This document shows positions 49,086 through 61,023 of a stretch of 64,000 nucleotides of DNA, piece by piece. Positions within the stretch are counted from its first letter, which is position 1. The number at the start of each line of letters is the position of its first letter. The translations under genes and the position numbers were made by a program. This stretch comes from Podarcis muralis (lineage: Eukaryota), in NCBI RefSeq assembly GCF_964188315.1, contig NC_135656.1, positions 106,826,001 to 106,890,000 of the forward strand, given 5' to 3'. The notes under the pieces are model-generated. The model did not search any database. It had not been told where the DNA came from and worked only from the letters and a program-made list of their open reading frames with translations.

Positions 49086-49636
49086 TTCCTCTGCGAAATT
49101 GCTTTGAACTGACTCAGGCTGCTCAAGAGACTATCAAAGCTCGTGTTCTTATAGTCAGTGCTTTTTTTCTGGGGGGACGCATACTCCTAAACGTTTTCTG
49201 AATCCTTGTTCTTTTGTCCATTTACTGTATTTATTTTCCCCGATTGGAACTATAACATGGTGATTTCCTTGAGTCAAAAAGAGAGTACCCCCTAAACATT
49301 TTTTTTAGAAAAAAAGCACTGCTTATAGGTGACAAAGACATGACTTTTAAGTTCTTGACTGCTTCGCCAATCAGTCCGTAGAGCATGGGGCTCTTGGAAT
49401 CATCACAGAATAGACTCGTAGAATTGTAGAGTTGGAAGGGGTCCCCTAGGTCATCTAGTCCAGCCCCCTGCAATGCAGGGAGGTCTTTATCTCAGGGTTG
49501 TGGGTTCAAGCCCCAACACTGGACAGAAGATTCCTGCATAGCAGGGGGTTGGACTACAGCTACAGTTCCCTGTGAAGAGAGTTTGATTGTTAAACCACTC
49601 TGAGAATCGTAGCTCAGTAAGGGAAAAATTCTCAAA

Positions 49637-49986
49637 GGGACGCGGGTGGCGCTGTGGGTTAAACCACTGAGCCTAGGACTTGCTGATCAGGTCGGCGGTT
49701 CGAATCCCCGCAACAGGGTGAGCTCCCGTTGCTCGGTCCCTGCTCCTGCCACCTAGCAGTTCAAAAGCACATCAAAGTGCAAGTAGATAAATAGGTACCG
49801 CTCCGGCAGGAAGGTAAATGGTGTTTCCGTGCGCTGCTCTGGTTCGCCAGAAGTGGCTTAGTCATGCTGGCCACATGACCCGGAAGCTGTACGCCGGCTC
49901 CCTCGGCCAATAAAGCGAGATGAGCGCCACAACCCCAGAGTTGGCCACGACTGGACCTAATGGTCAGGGGTCCCTTTTTTACCTTT
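49637..49986 (+). mobile_element. Sauria SINE
   Basis: Full length, head to tail. Confidence 0.85.
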
Positions 49987-51439
49987 AACAACTCTCAGCA
50001 CCCTTAACAAACTGAAGCCCCCAGAATGCTTTTTTTTGGGGGGTGGGGGTGGGGAGCCATGATGGTTTAAAGTGGTATCACACGTGCTTTAAATGTATGG
50101 TGTGAATGTGGTCCAAGAACCTCTAACCATGTTGTTCCAGCGCTCTGTCTGGAGCTGAAGAACATCACCCTTAGCCCAGGAGCAAGTGATCTATGTTGCT
50201 TGAGGAGCTTGGTCTACTCATGAGGCATAGCCCTCTACTCCTCCAGAGACCTTGGCCTTCAGGCAGGCACTCTGGCATCAGTGGAATGGGCTTGTGCCCA
50301 TAGCAGCTGGTGCCCATAGCAGCTGGTGCTCTTTGAGGCTTGGAGATGGCTCAGCTTCCATCTCTAAGTCTGAGCCAGGGCCATCTCCGTGTAGGAGGCT
50401 GGAGCGCAGCAACCCCAGAAGGCCCTGATCTGTCTCACCGTCCCCAGACCACCTGTTCCTCCATAATGTTCACTCCTCTGAAGACAATTCCTCCAGCATG
50501 ACAACAGGATTGCACCCATTGCTTCCTCTTTCCTCTACCTTCCCACTCTTCGCCAAAGAATAATAAAAGATTTGATCTCATTAGCTGCATGTGGTATTTT
50601 ATTGGTGTCCTCGTTTATTTACCTCACAACAATAATGGACGAGAGACCAGTATTTATTCTCATTTTACACAATGACACAAACCATTCAAAATCTGTTCCT
50701 GGGGGGCAAAGTAAAGGCATGCTTTGCAGAAGAAAGTGTGGGGCAGAGCGGGGCTTCAGCCAGTCGGAATCGAAAGTATTCTGTTCTTCATTACTACTTC
50801 ATTTGACTTTATTATTTTTATCCCGCTCATCTGTCTGTGGGCATATGAGGCAGTTTACACAATTAAATACATTGAAACATCAACATTGTCATGAACAACA
50901 ACAACAACACATCTTTAACGCAGCAACATAGGAAAACCAAGCAGCCAACTATTCTCCACTTAATGTGTCTTTGGTGAAGGTAGCTTCAGAGAAGGGCTAT
51001 ATAGTTCATTGGCAAACTCAAGTTCTTGCTACAACAGTGACTTTTGTGATAAGAACTGGCGCTGCGTTGAGTGATTGGACAAAGACCCTCTCTGCATCCA
51101 CACACACAAACGGCGACCTCCTATTTTATGGAAGCCCAGTGTTTTGAACCCACTCTAGCCTGAACATTACTTTGGCACCATCCATGTATAATGCCGCATG
51201 CAAAAAAATTGCACCCTTGCGATCTCCGTGAATGGAGTAAGGAGCACCACCAAGTGATGGGGGTGCTGTGCTTGGCAACCAATCGTGTGGATTAATCATA
51301 ACCGTTCATCAGCATGCATTGGAAGGGCAGGTCTACTCCAGCTTTTACCCCTCCTCATTTCAAGTACAATGTAGTGGACTTGAACAGCGGCATTAAGAAG
51401 GAACTAATCTGCCCTAAGTGATCTTGGATGACGGACCCA

Positions 51440-51951
51440 TCAGCCATCGAGTGTCAGCTGGGCAAGCAGCACCTTAAAAAAGGGGAAAACTCTCTCACCA
51501 GAGAATGAAGCCGATGGGAATATGAAGACAGAGTCCTTTGTGTCAGCGTTAAGAAATTCCACCTGTCCCCTTTCATAGTCCAGAAATACTCGGATTCTCC
51601 TAGGGGTGCAGAGGGGGGACAGAGGTGTCACAGGGGTAGTGAGAGCCTGGTATTGACCAAAATCCCCTTGCAAGGCCCAGATCCCTTCCTCCGGAGTCAG
51701 CTTGAGCTCTATCTTCCTCCTCACAGAGGCCCGGGCTACCCCCACAGCCCAAATGCCCCCATCCTCCACGTTGACTTCCCAGTAATGTCTCCCGGAAGTG
51801 AATCCTTCGCAGCCCAGCACGCAGCAAGAGGACTTAAATCGCTTAGGGTTATGGGGCACATCTGTCCTGGTGACGTCCCATCTCGCACTTTTTCGATCCT
51901 CGGAGATTATGATTTGGGGGTTTGCTGTGTCTGTGTCAAGGGTTATGTTGA
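51440..51951 (-). CDS. TRIM-D last exon: PRY/SPRY
   Basis: Acceptor ctctttgcag|TC after a (TC)n tract; VNITLDTDTANPQ...SGRHYWEVNV...EEGIWAL...VFPFF; TGA at 51440-51442. Confidence 0.93.
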
Positions 51952-51957
51952 CTGCAA

Positions 51958-51992
<35 letters not shown>

Positions 51993-52039
51993 ATATGTGG
52001 GATAAAGGAACAGTTTATATTTTTGTCAGCTAATTCCAA

Positions 52040-52285
52040 ATTGGATTTAGATTTGGATTTGATATCCCGCTTTATCACTACCCTAAGGAGTCTCAAAGCG
52101 GCTAACAATCTCCTTTCCCTTCCTCCCCCACAACAAACACTCTGTGAGGTGAGTGGGGCGGAGAGACTTCAGAGAAGTGTGACTGGCCCAAGGTCACCCA
52201 GCAGCTGCATGTGGAGGAGTGGGGAAGCGAACCTGGTTCACCAGATTACGAGTCTACCGCTCTTAACCACTACACCACACTGGCT
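52040..52285 (-). mobile_element. MIR/CORE-like squamate SINE
   Basis: Head agccagtgtggtgtagtggttaagagc..., core gctgggtgaccttgggccagtcac, repeated-hexamer tail. Confidence 0.7.
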
Positions 52286-52594
52286 GTAGTTTAGGAGCCT
52301 GTGGTACACTGCTCATTTGACAAATGAGATGTATTCTTTCAGAAGCCCCCCACCCCTGCCCATTCCTTTGTTTAAGCTGTTTTTGATATGGAACCTGCTG
52401 GTGAAGGGCAGGCAATAAATTTAATGATGTTGACAATGGTGATGATGACAACATTAACAACGGCACCTCAAGATTTATCTGTCGCAATCAAACTGATCCA
52501 GTAAAGTTCAGACCTCTCCGTATCAACTATTTCTTTCCAGAACCAAACACAAATGAATTAACTTTTCTTGCAAATGTTTTCATCAGTTGCTTAC

Positions 52595-52627
52595 CCCATT
52601 CTGTCCCCAGTTCTGATGGCAGAGTGT
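52595..52627 (-). CDS. TRIM-D exon 6 (33 bp): DTLPSELGTEW
   Basis: Acceptor cccttag|AC, donor GGG|gtaagc, phase 1-1. Confidence 0.8.
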
Positions 52628-52867
52628 CTAAGGGATGAGAGGAGACATATGTGATTTTCAAACAGCGATCAATTTCTAATTTCATTTATATATTCTCAGA
52701 AAAGTGGGTTTCATTATCTTCTCTCACTCTCCTTGCTGCAAGTAGGTTTATTTTCTCCTGCAAATACTTAGCAGGTAGTTGAAAGGGAATGGACAGGATT
52801 GCCAGAAAAAGTGAAATTAAGGGAGACCGAATAATAAACTCAGTCGTATCTTCCAAAAGCTCAGAAA

Positions 52868-52998
52868 GGGAAGCTTTTAATGTTTGACGGATGACTGTAT
52901 TTTAATATTTTGTTGGAAGCCGCCCAGAGTGGCTGGGGAAACCCAGCCAGATAGGCGGGGTATAAATAATAATTTATTATTATTATTATTATTTATTA
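52868..52998 (+). mobile_element. L2 3' tail
   Basis: gttggaagccgcccagagtggctggggaaacccagccag...(att)n. Confidence 0.7.
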
Positions 52999-53258
52999 TT
53001 ATCCAACGTTTCAGGGGATAGTGAGAGGGGGCAGGTGAACTAATGGGGCACCCCCACACCAAAAAACCCCCAAAAAAACCAGCCCAGGGAGGAATTGTAC
53101 TCATGAAAGCTGAATGTCTTTTTTTTGTGAGGGACAGAAAACAGGGTGTGTGTGTGTGTGTGCAGCCTGTAGTATTCTGGAAGACAGCGTGTCTGGCTTC
53201 GCATTGAACCCTTTAGCCCAAAGTTCTACTTGCAACTTTTAAAGCAGGTCATCAGTAC

Positions 53259-53374
53259 CTTTGAATTTATTCAGGATATCTGTGAGCACACTGTTTTTCT
53301 CAGATAATTCACCGAGTCTTTTTCCCACCTTGGATGGCATCTCTTCAGGTGGCTGAAAGGGCTCCTTGTCAAAC
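53259..53374 (-). CDS. TRIM-D exon 5 (116 bp): RFDKEPFQPPEEMPSKVGKRLGELSEKNSVLTDILNKFK
   Basis: Acceptor ttttccaag|G, donor AAG|gtactg, phase 2-1. Confidence 0.87.
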
Positions 53375-53465
53375 CTTGGAAAAAGAAATGCGTCAGTTTC
53401 CCACCGTTCTGCAGATGCCCGATTAAGGCTGCGTGACACTTGGTTTTTTACAGGCAAAAGTTGTA

Positions 53466-53691
53466 CAGTGGTACCTCGGGTTAAGTACTTAATTCATTCC
53501 GGAGGTCCGTACTTAACCTGAAACTGTTCTTAACCTGAAGCACCACTTTAGCTAATGGGGCCTCCCGCTGCCGCCACGCCGCCGGAGCACAATTTCTGTT
53601 TTCATCCTGAAGCAAAGTTCTTAACCTGAAGCACTATTTCTGGGTTAGTGGAGTCTGTAACCTGAAGCGTATGTAACCCAAGGTACCACTG
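53466..53691. mobile_element. Tc1/mariner MITE (CAGTGGTACCTC family)
   Basis: TIRs and TA TSD. Confidence 0.85.
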
Positions 53692-54116
53692 TACTTAAAT
53701 CTGAGTCGGTGCTAGTCCAAGATTCAGCCCTGGAAGGTGGCACTGTGATACAACGGGTGAAATAGTAGCATGTGTCCCTCAGAGGTGGAACTGTACAGTA
53801 TGAGTACATCTAGCTCTCTGGGAGAAGCAGTGAGATGACTGCAGTTTCTCTGTAAGAGCACCCTATTTTCTCATAAGTGATAGTGCAGGATTTTGTACCT
53901 GAGGAAATGTTTTTCTTCAGTGCATTCATTGGTCTTATGACTATTCTGTTAAATGTGATTTTGCAAAAGAGACTAAATCCCACATTTTGCTTGTTATTTT
54001 TGCTATGCCTGGAAAAGCATATCCTGGGCTCCCCAGAACAATTTTTTGTGAAGCTGTTAAGAGCACAGTGTCTCTGTCCATTTTTTAAAAAGGCATTCTG
54101 GAATAGCTCTCACACA

Positions 54117-54489
54117 AGGTAAAAAAAGGAAAAGGACCCCTGGACGGTTAGGTCCAGTGAAAGGCGACTATGGGGTTGTGACGCTCATCTCGCTTTTAGG
54201 CCAAGAGAGCCAGCATTTGTCCACTTTCTAGGTCATGTGGCCAGCAGGATTAAACCGCTTCTGGTGAAACGGGACACTGTTATGGAAACCAGAGCTCACA
54301 GAAACGCCATTTACCTTCCCGCCACAGTGGTACCTATTTATCTACTTGTACTGGTGTGCTTTCTGTTAGGTTGGCAGGAGCTGGGACAGAGCAACGGGAG
54401 CTCACCCCGTCGCAGGGATTCGAACCATCAACCTTCCAGTCGGCAAGCCCAAGAGGCTCAGTGGTATAGACCACAGCGCCACCCGCGTC
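54117..54489 (-). mobile_element. Sauria SINE (more diverged)
   Basis: Similarity to the other copies. Confidence 0.8.
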
Positions 54490-55012
54490 ACAGTAATACA
54501 AACCAAAGTCCAAGAGTATCCAAAGTGTGATTGTATGAATATGGAAGAAACAGAAAGCCCATCTCAGCTTGGAGACTGAGAGAAGCTGCTAACAAAAGTG
54601 GGAAGGGCCAGAGATCCACATGTACAAAAGACCCGGCCCAGCTCATGGCATCTTCACTTAAAGGGTCGCAGCTAGCAATTGCGGGAAAGAACTCTGCCTG
54701 AGATTCTGGACAAGCCTTCACATTCAGAGTTGACAGTGCTGGTTAGATCAGGGATGGTGGAACATGTTGTCCTGCAGATGTTGCTGGACTACAACTCCCA
54801 TCATCCCTGACAGGTACACAGGCTGGGCCTGATGGGAGCTGGTGTCCAACAATACCTGGTTCCCCATCTCTGGGCAAGACGGTCTGTCACAGTATACCAC
54901 AGTTTTAGTATTTTGAAAAGCAAACCACCTGCAAAACAGAATGAAGCAGGGCAATCTTAAGGGCATATATTTATGTACATGCATGCCTTCAGTGGGGGTC
55001 AGTGCCACATAC

Positions 55013-55035
55013 CTGCCCAAGGTGCTCCTGATATC
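55013..55035 (-). CDS. TRIM-D exon 4 (23 bp): DIRSTLGR
   Basis: ctctctag|GATATCAGGAGCACCTTGGGCAG|gtatgt. Confidence 0.88.
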
Positions 55036-55494
55036 CTAGAGAGAGAGAAGAGGAGCGTAGGTGGATAGGAAAGAGAAAGACAGGAACTCTGCATCAACAT
55101 GAGCATAACAGGAGATTCTCATTAAAGCCACTTATATCTGAGAAACAGAGACAGCGTAGTTTAGAAACTGCGCACCTTCTAATCATTAGGAAAAGAAAGC
55201 AGGGCAGGGGGAAATGAGTTAATTGGAATGAAATTATGCATTCATCTGCTGAGACAGGGAGACAGGCATTACTGAGCAAGCCATTTCAACCGCAGTAGAA
55301 AGATATATCTAACAATAGTGTTTGCTATTTATATAGCTCTTTTCTGGTCTGCATACACTTAGCTGGCCCCTGTGTATTACTTACTGGGCAATAAGTATAA
55401 GGATTCAGTTATGTTAAGGACAGTTTAGGCTTATTCTTCAGTTTGATGTGTCCTTTTTTCAGTTCTACCCCACCCAACAACCACCTCATCTCAC

Positions 55495-55725
55495 CTGCAA
55501 GAATTCGCTGTCTGGCTGTGTACACTTCTCTTCTATCTCATCTATCAGGGCACTGAGAGAGACAATCTCATCAGAAAACTTTCCCCCATGTTCTTTCTGA
55601 TGCTTCATAATCTCCTTCTCCAGCTCATTCAGCTGAAGCAGCAGGAGTTTTTCTTGCTCCTCCAGAAAGTGATGCACCAGCTCAAATTCAGACATCAATT
55701 TCTGCCTCTCGGCTTCTGTCTGCTT
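55495..55725 (-). CDS. TRIM-D exon 3 (231 bp coiled-coil): KQTEAERQKLMSEFE...KCTQPDSEFLQ
   Basis: Acceptor gttacag|AAG, donor CAG|gtgaga; ORF 55486..55791. Confidence 0.9.
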
Positions 55726-55879
55726 CTGTAACATAGGGAGGAAAGAGGGAGAAAGAGGGGTCAGGCCGTTGGGAAGATCAGCAAAAACCAATCAAATAAG
55801 CAGAAATTAATCTGAAATACTGGAACTCTTTTGGAAAACCAAAATATGCTAAGTTTTGATTTTAAAATTCAGCAGCACA

Positions 55880-56455
55880 ACGTGACAGTGCCTTAGATAT
55901 CTGAAGATGGCTATCATATCTCCTCTCAGTCTCCTCTTTTCCAGCCTAAACATACCCAACTCCCTCAACTGTTCCTCATAAGGCCTGGTTTCTAGACCCT
56001 TGATCCTCTTGGTTGTCCCTCCTCTGCACATGTTCCAGCTTGTCAACATCCCTTTTAAATTGTGGTACCCAGAACTGGACACTCTGTTCAAGGTGTGGTC
56101 TGACCAAGGCAGAACAGAGATTACTTCCCTTGATCTGGACATAATACTTCTGTTGATGCAGCATAGAAAAGCATTAGCTTTTTGTTTGTTTGTTTGTTTG
56201 TTTTGCTGTTGCATCACACTGTTGACTCATGTTCAGCATGTGGTCTACTAAGACCCCTAGATCCTTTTCACGTGTACTACTGGCAAGCCAGGTGTCCCCC
56301 CATCTTATATTTGTGCAGCTGGTTCTTTCTGCCTAAGTGTAAAACCTTAAATTTGTCCCTATTCAAATTCATTGGGTTAGTTAAGGTCATCCTGAACCCT
56401 GATTCTGTCTTCCATGGCATTAACTACCCCTCTGAGTTTGGTGTCATCTGCATTT
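55880..56455 (-). mobile_element. CR1 LINE fragment (degenerate RT C-terminus)
   Basis: [30 protein letters not shown] / [32 protein letters not shown], with frameshift. Confidence 0.82.
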
Positions 56456-56698
56456 GAGGCAGCGGATTGCACAAATCAAAATGCAAGTATAATCAAAGCA
56501 ACAAAACAAAAAGCTAAAATTCAGAAGCAACTAGAACATCAGAGAACCTGCCTGCGAGAAAAGATGGGTCTTTTGTTTGATCCAGCAAGGCTCTTCTTAT
56601 ATAGTGAAATGTTGCCATGGGAAAAGAGCTGCATTTGGAACACTACAAGGTCTATATATCCTCCCTGCTCCCAGGTGACTCCAACCACTGATAGTCTT

Positions 56699-57048
56699 AA
56701 AGGTAAAGGGACCCCTGACCATTAGGTCCAGTCGTGACCGACTCTGGGGTTGCAGCGCTCATCTTACTTTATTGGCCGAGGGAGCCGGCGTACAGCTTCC
56801 GGGTCAGGTGGCCAGCATGACTAAGCCACTCCTGGCGAACCTGAGCAGTGCACGGAAATGTCGTTTACCTTCCCACCGGAGTGGTACCTATTTATCTACT
56901 TGCACTTTTGACGTGCTTTCGAACTGCTAGGTTGGCAGGAGCAGGGACCAAACAACGGGAGCTCACCCCGTCGCAGGGATTCAAACCGCCAACCTTCTGA
57001 TCGGCAAGTGCTAGCCTCTATGGTTTAACCCACAGCGCCATCCACGTC
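56699..57048 (-). mobile_element. Sauria SINE
   Basis: Full length; TSD ccact(g/a)atagtct. Confidence 0.85.
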
Positions 57049-57250
57049 CCACTAATAGTCTCTTACCCTATGTGAATTTTATTAGCCCACTTTTAAAGCC
57101 TTCCAAGCTGGTGGTCATCACTGTTTCCTTGGTCTGCTGATTAAAGCCCTGCATTATATCTTCAAGACCCAGGATGTAAAAGCACATTAAATAAAGATAA
57201 ACTAATGCCCACATTCCTTGCTAGGCTATACCACAGGATTCTATACTGAC

Positions 57251-57346
57251 CAGATATTCCTGGTGTCTATTTTCTCCAGCCAGTTTTAACCCCAGGAGCT
57301 TCTCTTTCTCTTCCTTTAAGCTCTGCAGACGGCTCTGGATTTCTTT
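57251..57346 (-). CDS. TRIM-D exon 2 (96 bp): KEIQSRLQSLKEEKEKLLGLKLAGENRHQEYL
   Basis: Acceptor tttgtttag|AAA, donor CTG|gtcagt. Confidence 0.87.
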
Positions 57347-57828
57347 CTAAACAAAGAGAAACTTATTTTGAAATAGTGTTATCGTTAGTAACTAATGCCC
57401 CTGCTGCCTCACATACAAGCAACGGGTTACATCCAATTTAACCTATAGTGAGACACACAAAAATACTGATATTCTATAATCAACACGGGAACAAAAGAAA
57501 CCCACTCAGATTATGGAGCAGTGGAAATAAAATATTATGGCATGAACCCAGCATTTTATTTCTCCAACTTCAAACATACTTTCAACGTCACACATAGTTT
57601 CAAAGGCAAGAAGGGGGGGAAACCAACCAACAAGATTCTTCAGACGAGAAGGAACAATGCTGCTGCTGCTGCTAATAGCACTAATAATATTGGTAGGTTG
57701 GTCTCAATGTCATCGTCATCAACAACATAATGTTGCATTATTATTATCAGCGTTTTCACTATTATGATAATAACGGCTTCCTTCCTTTGAGTTTCAGTGT
57801 TTGTGCAAGGTTCTACCGCAACAAGAAT

Positions 57829-57904
57829 GGGCCTGTCCGTAGCTTGGTGGTAGAGCATCTGCCTTGCAAGCAGAAGGACCCAAGTTCAATCCCCGATGTC
57901 TCCA
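57829..57904 (+). mobile_element. tRNA-Ala-like SINE head
   Basis: gtagcttggtggtagagcatctgccttgcaagcagaaggacccaagttcaatcccc; stems imperfect; adjoins a CR1-like tail. Confidence 0.55.
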
Positions 57905-58162
57905 GGTAGAATCATACAAATCTAGAGTTGGAGTGGACCCCAAGGGTCATCTATTCCAGGAATCATAAGTAAAGCATTCATGACGGATGGCCATCCATGG
58001 TAAAGTTGGTTGAGACTAGGGCTGCCATATGTCTGCAGAACTGATGTTTGGGGGAATTTCCGAAAGGCGGTGCACTGTCCTGGATCTTAGAGAATGCAAT
58101 TTGGAAGGGGTGGGGAGCTATTGGGTTGTTGTTTTTATTTTTATTATGTATTTGATTTAGTA

Positions 58163-58659
58163 CAGTGGTACCTCGGGTTACTCCTGCCAACCTAGCAGTT
58201 CGAAAGCATGTCACAGTGCAAGTAGATAAATAGGTACCGCTCTGGCGGGAAGGTAAACGGCGTTTCCGTGCGCTGCTCTGGTTCGCCAGAAGAGGCTTAG
58301 TCATGCTGGCCACATGACCCGGAAGCTGTACACCGGCTTCCTTGGCCAATAAAGCAAGATGAGCACCACAACCCGAGTCAGCCACGACTGGACCTAATGG
58401 TCAGGGGTCCCTTTACCTTTACCTACCCCGGGTTAAATACTTAATTCATTCTGGAGGTCCGTTCTTAACCTGAAACTGTTCTTAACCTGAAGCACCACTT
58501 TAGCTAATGGAGCCTCCTGCTGCTGTCGCGCCGCCGGAGCACGATTTCTGTTCTCATCCTGAAGCAAAGTTCTTAACCCGAGGTAATATTTCTAGGTTAG
58601 CGGAGTCTGTAACCTGAAGCGTATGTAACCTGAAGCGTATGTAACCCGAGATACCACTG
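58163..58659. mobile_element. CAGTGGTACCTC MITE containing a Sauria SINE
   Basis: TIRs and TA TSD; SINE at 58181-58423. Confidence 0.8.
58181..58423 (+). mobile_element. 5'-truncated Sauria SINE nested in a Tc1/mariner MITE
   Basis: SINE body and tail flanked by a duplicated tacc(t/c)cgggtta. Confidence 0.8.
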
Positions 58660-58926
58660 TATCTTGATTTTATTCTGTGAACTGCCCTGAGACCCCCGGG
58701 TATAGTTGAATATAAATTCAACTAAGACTAACAATAATAATAAAATTGTGGGGTTTTGGCATTTTTTTAAAAAAAAAATTAACAACTTGGGAGTCAACAG
58801 CTCAGGGTGTCCTGGTTTTTACTTTTTGAAATATGGCAGCCCTAGGCGAGACTCCTTCCTGAAATCCTGGGGAATCACTGTCATTATACCAAGCAAAATG
58901 GACCAATGCTTCTGACTTGGTGGGAA

Positions 58927-59517
58927 CAGGGCCGGATTGAGGTTTGATGAGGCCCTAAGCTACTGAAGGAAATGGGGCCCTTTATATGCCCAGCCGTCCT
59001 TTGTCAACAACAAATTGTCGCTGTTTTTTGTGTTGGATATATGCTGTGTGGTAATTTATGGACCTAATAGGTATCTAAAGCCATTTGCACATGTTGCCGT
59101 GCAACCAGTCCATGCAGAATGTAGGCACCCTATATCTAGAAATGAGCAAACCAGTGATATTTTAGGGACCAGGCTAGCAGGTGGGGCCCATGACTGAAGG
59201 AGCATCTCCATCCCCATCGTTCTGCCCGGACGCTGAGGTCCAATGCCAAGGGCCTTCTGGCGGTTCCCTCACTGCGAGAAGCAAAGCTACAGGGAACCAG
59301 GCAGGGGGCCTTCTCGGTAGTGGCGCCTGCCCTGTGGAACGCCCTCCCATCAGATGTCAAGGAGATAAACAACTACCTGACAAAAGTAGACATCTGAAGG
59401 CAGCCCTGTTCAGGGAAGTTTTTAATGTGTGACGTTTTGTTGTATTTTTAATCTTTGTTGGAAGCTGCCTAGAGTAACTGGGGAAACCCAGCCAGATGGG
59501 TGGGGTACAAATAATAA

Positions 59518-59600
<83 letters not shown>

Positions 59601-59781
59601 ATATTAGGAGCCCACACAACACAAAACACTGTTGCTGTATGTAGGTTTTATTTCATTTGTTTTTTATCTTATATTTTGGAAATGTACATCCAGGTTTTTT
59701 CCCCTTTGAATTTTTTGGGGGTCCCAAGAGAGTGGGGCCCTAAGCTATAGCTTGTTTAGCTTATATGTAAATCTGGCGCTG
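58927..59781. mobile_element. hAT-like MITE containing an L2 fragment
   Basis: TIRs; TSD ggtgggaa/ggtgggag (7/8). Confidence 0.75.
59190..59600 (+). mobile_element. L2-clade LINE 3' fragment nested in a hAT MITE
   Basis: Same sequence as the 10871 copy; (ATT)n(ACT)n tail. Confidence 0.78.
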
Positions 59782-59831
59782 GGTGGGAGGCACCGTCCTA
59801 TGTTCCACCGTTCTGAGGAGGGGGTGCCTCA

Positions 59832-60266
59832 AGGGCGCCAAATAATAATAATAATAATTTATTATTTGTACCCTGCCCATCTGGCTGGGTTTCCCCAGCC
59901 ACTCTGGGCGGCTTCCAACAAAGATTAAAGCTACATTAAAATGTCACACATTAAAAACTTCCCTGAACAGGGCTCAGTGGCGTAGCGTGGGGGGTGCAGG
60001 GGGGGCCGGCCGCACGGGGCGCAACATCTGGGGTTAGGGCAAATCCACAGGTTAGGGGGCGCAAATCCACGGGTTAGGGGGCGCAAATCCACGGGTTAGG
60101 GGGCGCAAATTACTTGCCTTGCCCCGGGTGCTGACAACCCACGCTACGCCACTGACAGGGCTGCCTTCAGATGTCTTCTAAATGTCAGGTATCTCTTTGA
60201 CATCTGATGGGAGGGCGTTCCACAGGGCGGGCGCCACCACTGAGAAGGCCCCTCTGCCTGGTTCCC
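59832..60266 (-). mobile_element. L2-clade LINE 3' fragment, interrupted by a hAT MITE
   Basis: Same family; its 5' end lies 34 bp after the TRIM-D exon-1 donor. Confidence 0.8.
59975..60154. mobile_element. 180-bp hAT MITE inside L2
   Basis: TIR cagtggcgtagcgt/acgctacgccactg; perfect 8-bp TSD acagggct; internal 22-bp tandem repeat. Confidence 0.88.
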
Positions 60267-60300
60267 AGTCAAGTGTGTGCGCGTTTTTCCCACTTTTCAC

Positions 60301-60729
60301 CTTATAATCCTGGGCCGCTTCCTCCACGGGGAACACAGCGTGGCTCCTGTGCGCTCGGGACTCCCGGCAGATGCAGCAGATGAGCTCTTCCTCCTCGCTG
60401 CAGAAGAGCTTCAGCGCCTCGCGGTGCTTCGGGCACAGCTGCCTCCCGCCGCCGCCGCCGCCGCCCGGCTCCTCCTGCTCGGCGCGGGAGCCCAGCCTCT
60501 TGGCGATCTCCACCACGTTGCCCAGCTCGCGGTTGGGCCTGAAATTCCTCTGCAGGGACACCACCCGGCACTGAGGGCACGAGAAGTCGCTGCTGCGCTC
60601 CTTCCAGCACTGCGCGATGCACGACCTGCAGAAGCTGTGGCCGCAAGGGATGGAGACCGGGTCGCGGAAGTACTCCAGGCAGATGGAGCAAGTGGCTTCT
60701 TTGTGCAGGCTCTCCACCGGGTTCTCCAT
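60301..60729 (-). CDS. TRIM-D exon 1: RING + B-box2 (TRIM27/RFP-like)
   Basis: MENPVESLHKEATCSICLEYFRDPVSIPCGHSFCRSC...CPQCR...CPKH...EEAAQDYK|gtgaaa; 143 codons. Confidence 0.93.
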
Positions 60730-60909
60730 GGCGGCGGGGGGGGGGGGGGGGCAATAGCAAGAAACGGCAGCAGTGCCCGGTCCTCCGGGCTCAGTGGCGC
60801 TCCGTAGCTCAGGCGGAGAGGCCGAGCCAGGGAGAGGATTAGGACCGAGGGAGCGTAACTCTCTGCGCGCCCAAGAAGCGCAGGAGCATCTGCGCTTCTG
60901 CGCTCCGCC

Positions 60910-61023
60910 AACCTGGTGCCCCGCAGACGTTTCGGACTACAGTACCCATCAGCCCCTGCCAGCGTGTACGCTGGCAGGGGCTGATGGGTACTGTAGTCCG
61001 AAACGTCTGCGGGGCGCCAGGTT
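60910..61023. repeat. Near-perfect 114-bp hairpin (palindromic MITE family)
   Basis: 56-bp arms with one T/G mismatch and a 2-nt loop; family motif ggactaca...cccatca also near 1173, 12640, 21090, 22860, 23550, 32800, 36850, 37010, 46050, 54755, 63600. Confidence 0.9.

Larger units (their letters stand above)
58017..58844. mobile_element. hAT element (TAGGGCTGCCATA TIR) hosting nested insertions
   Basis: 13-bp perfect TIR; TSD gttgagac/ggcgagac (6/8). Confidence 0.7.

Noticed and set aside
55849-56217. RT-like ORFs from CR1, BovB and L2 as active retrotransposon genes
   Set aside because: Only short 3' fragments, some with frameshifts; no autonomous element in the window
57829-57904. tRNA-Ala-like sequence (also tRNA-like heads near 16880-16930, 49490 and 63470, and all Sauria SINE heads)
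   Set aside because: Broken stems and continuation into SINE/LINE tails, so these are SINE heads rather than tRNA genes
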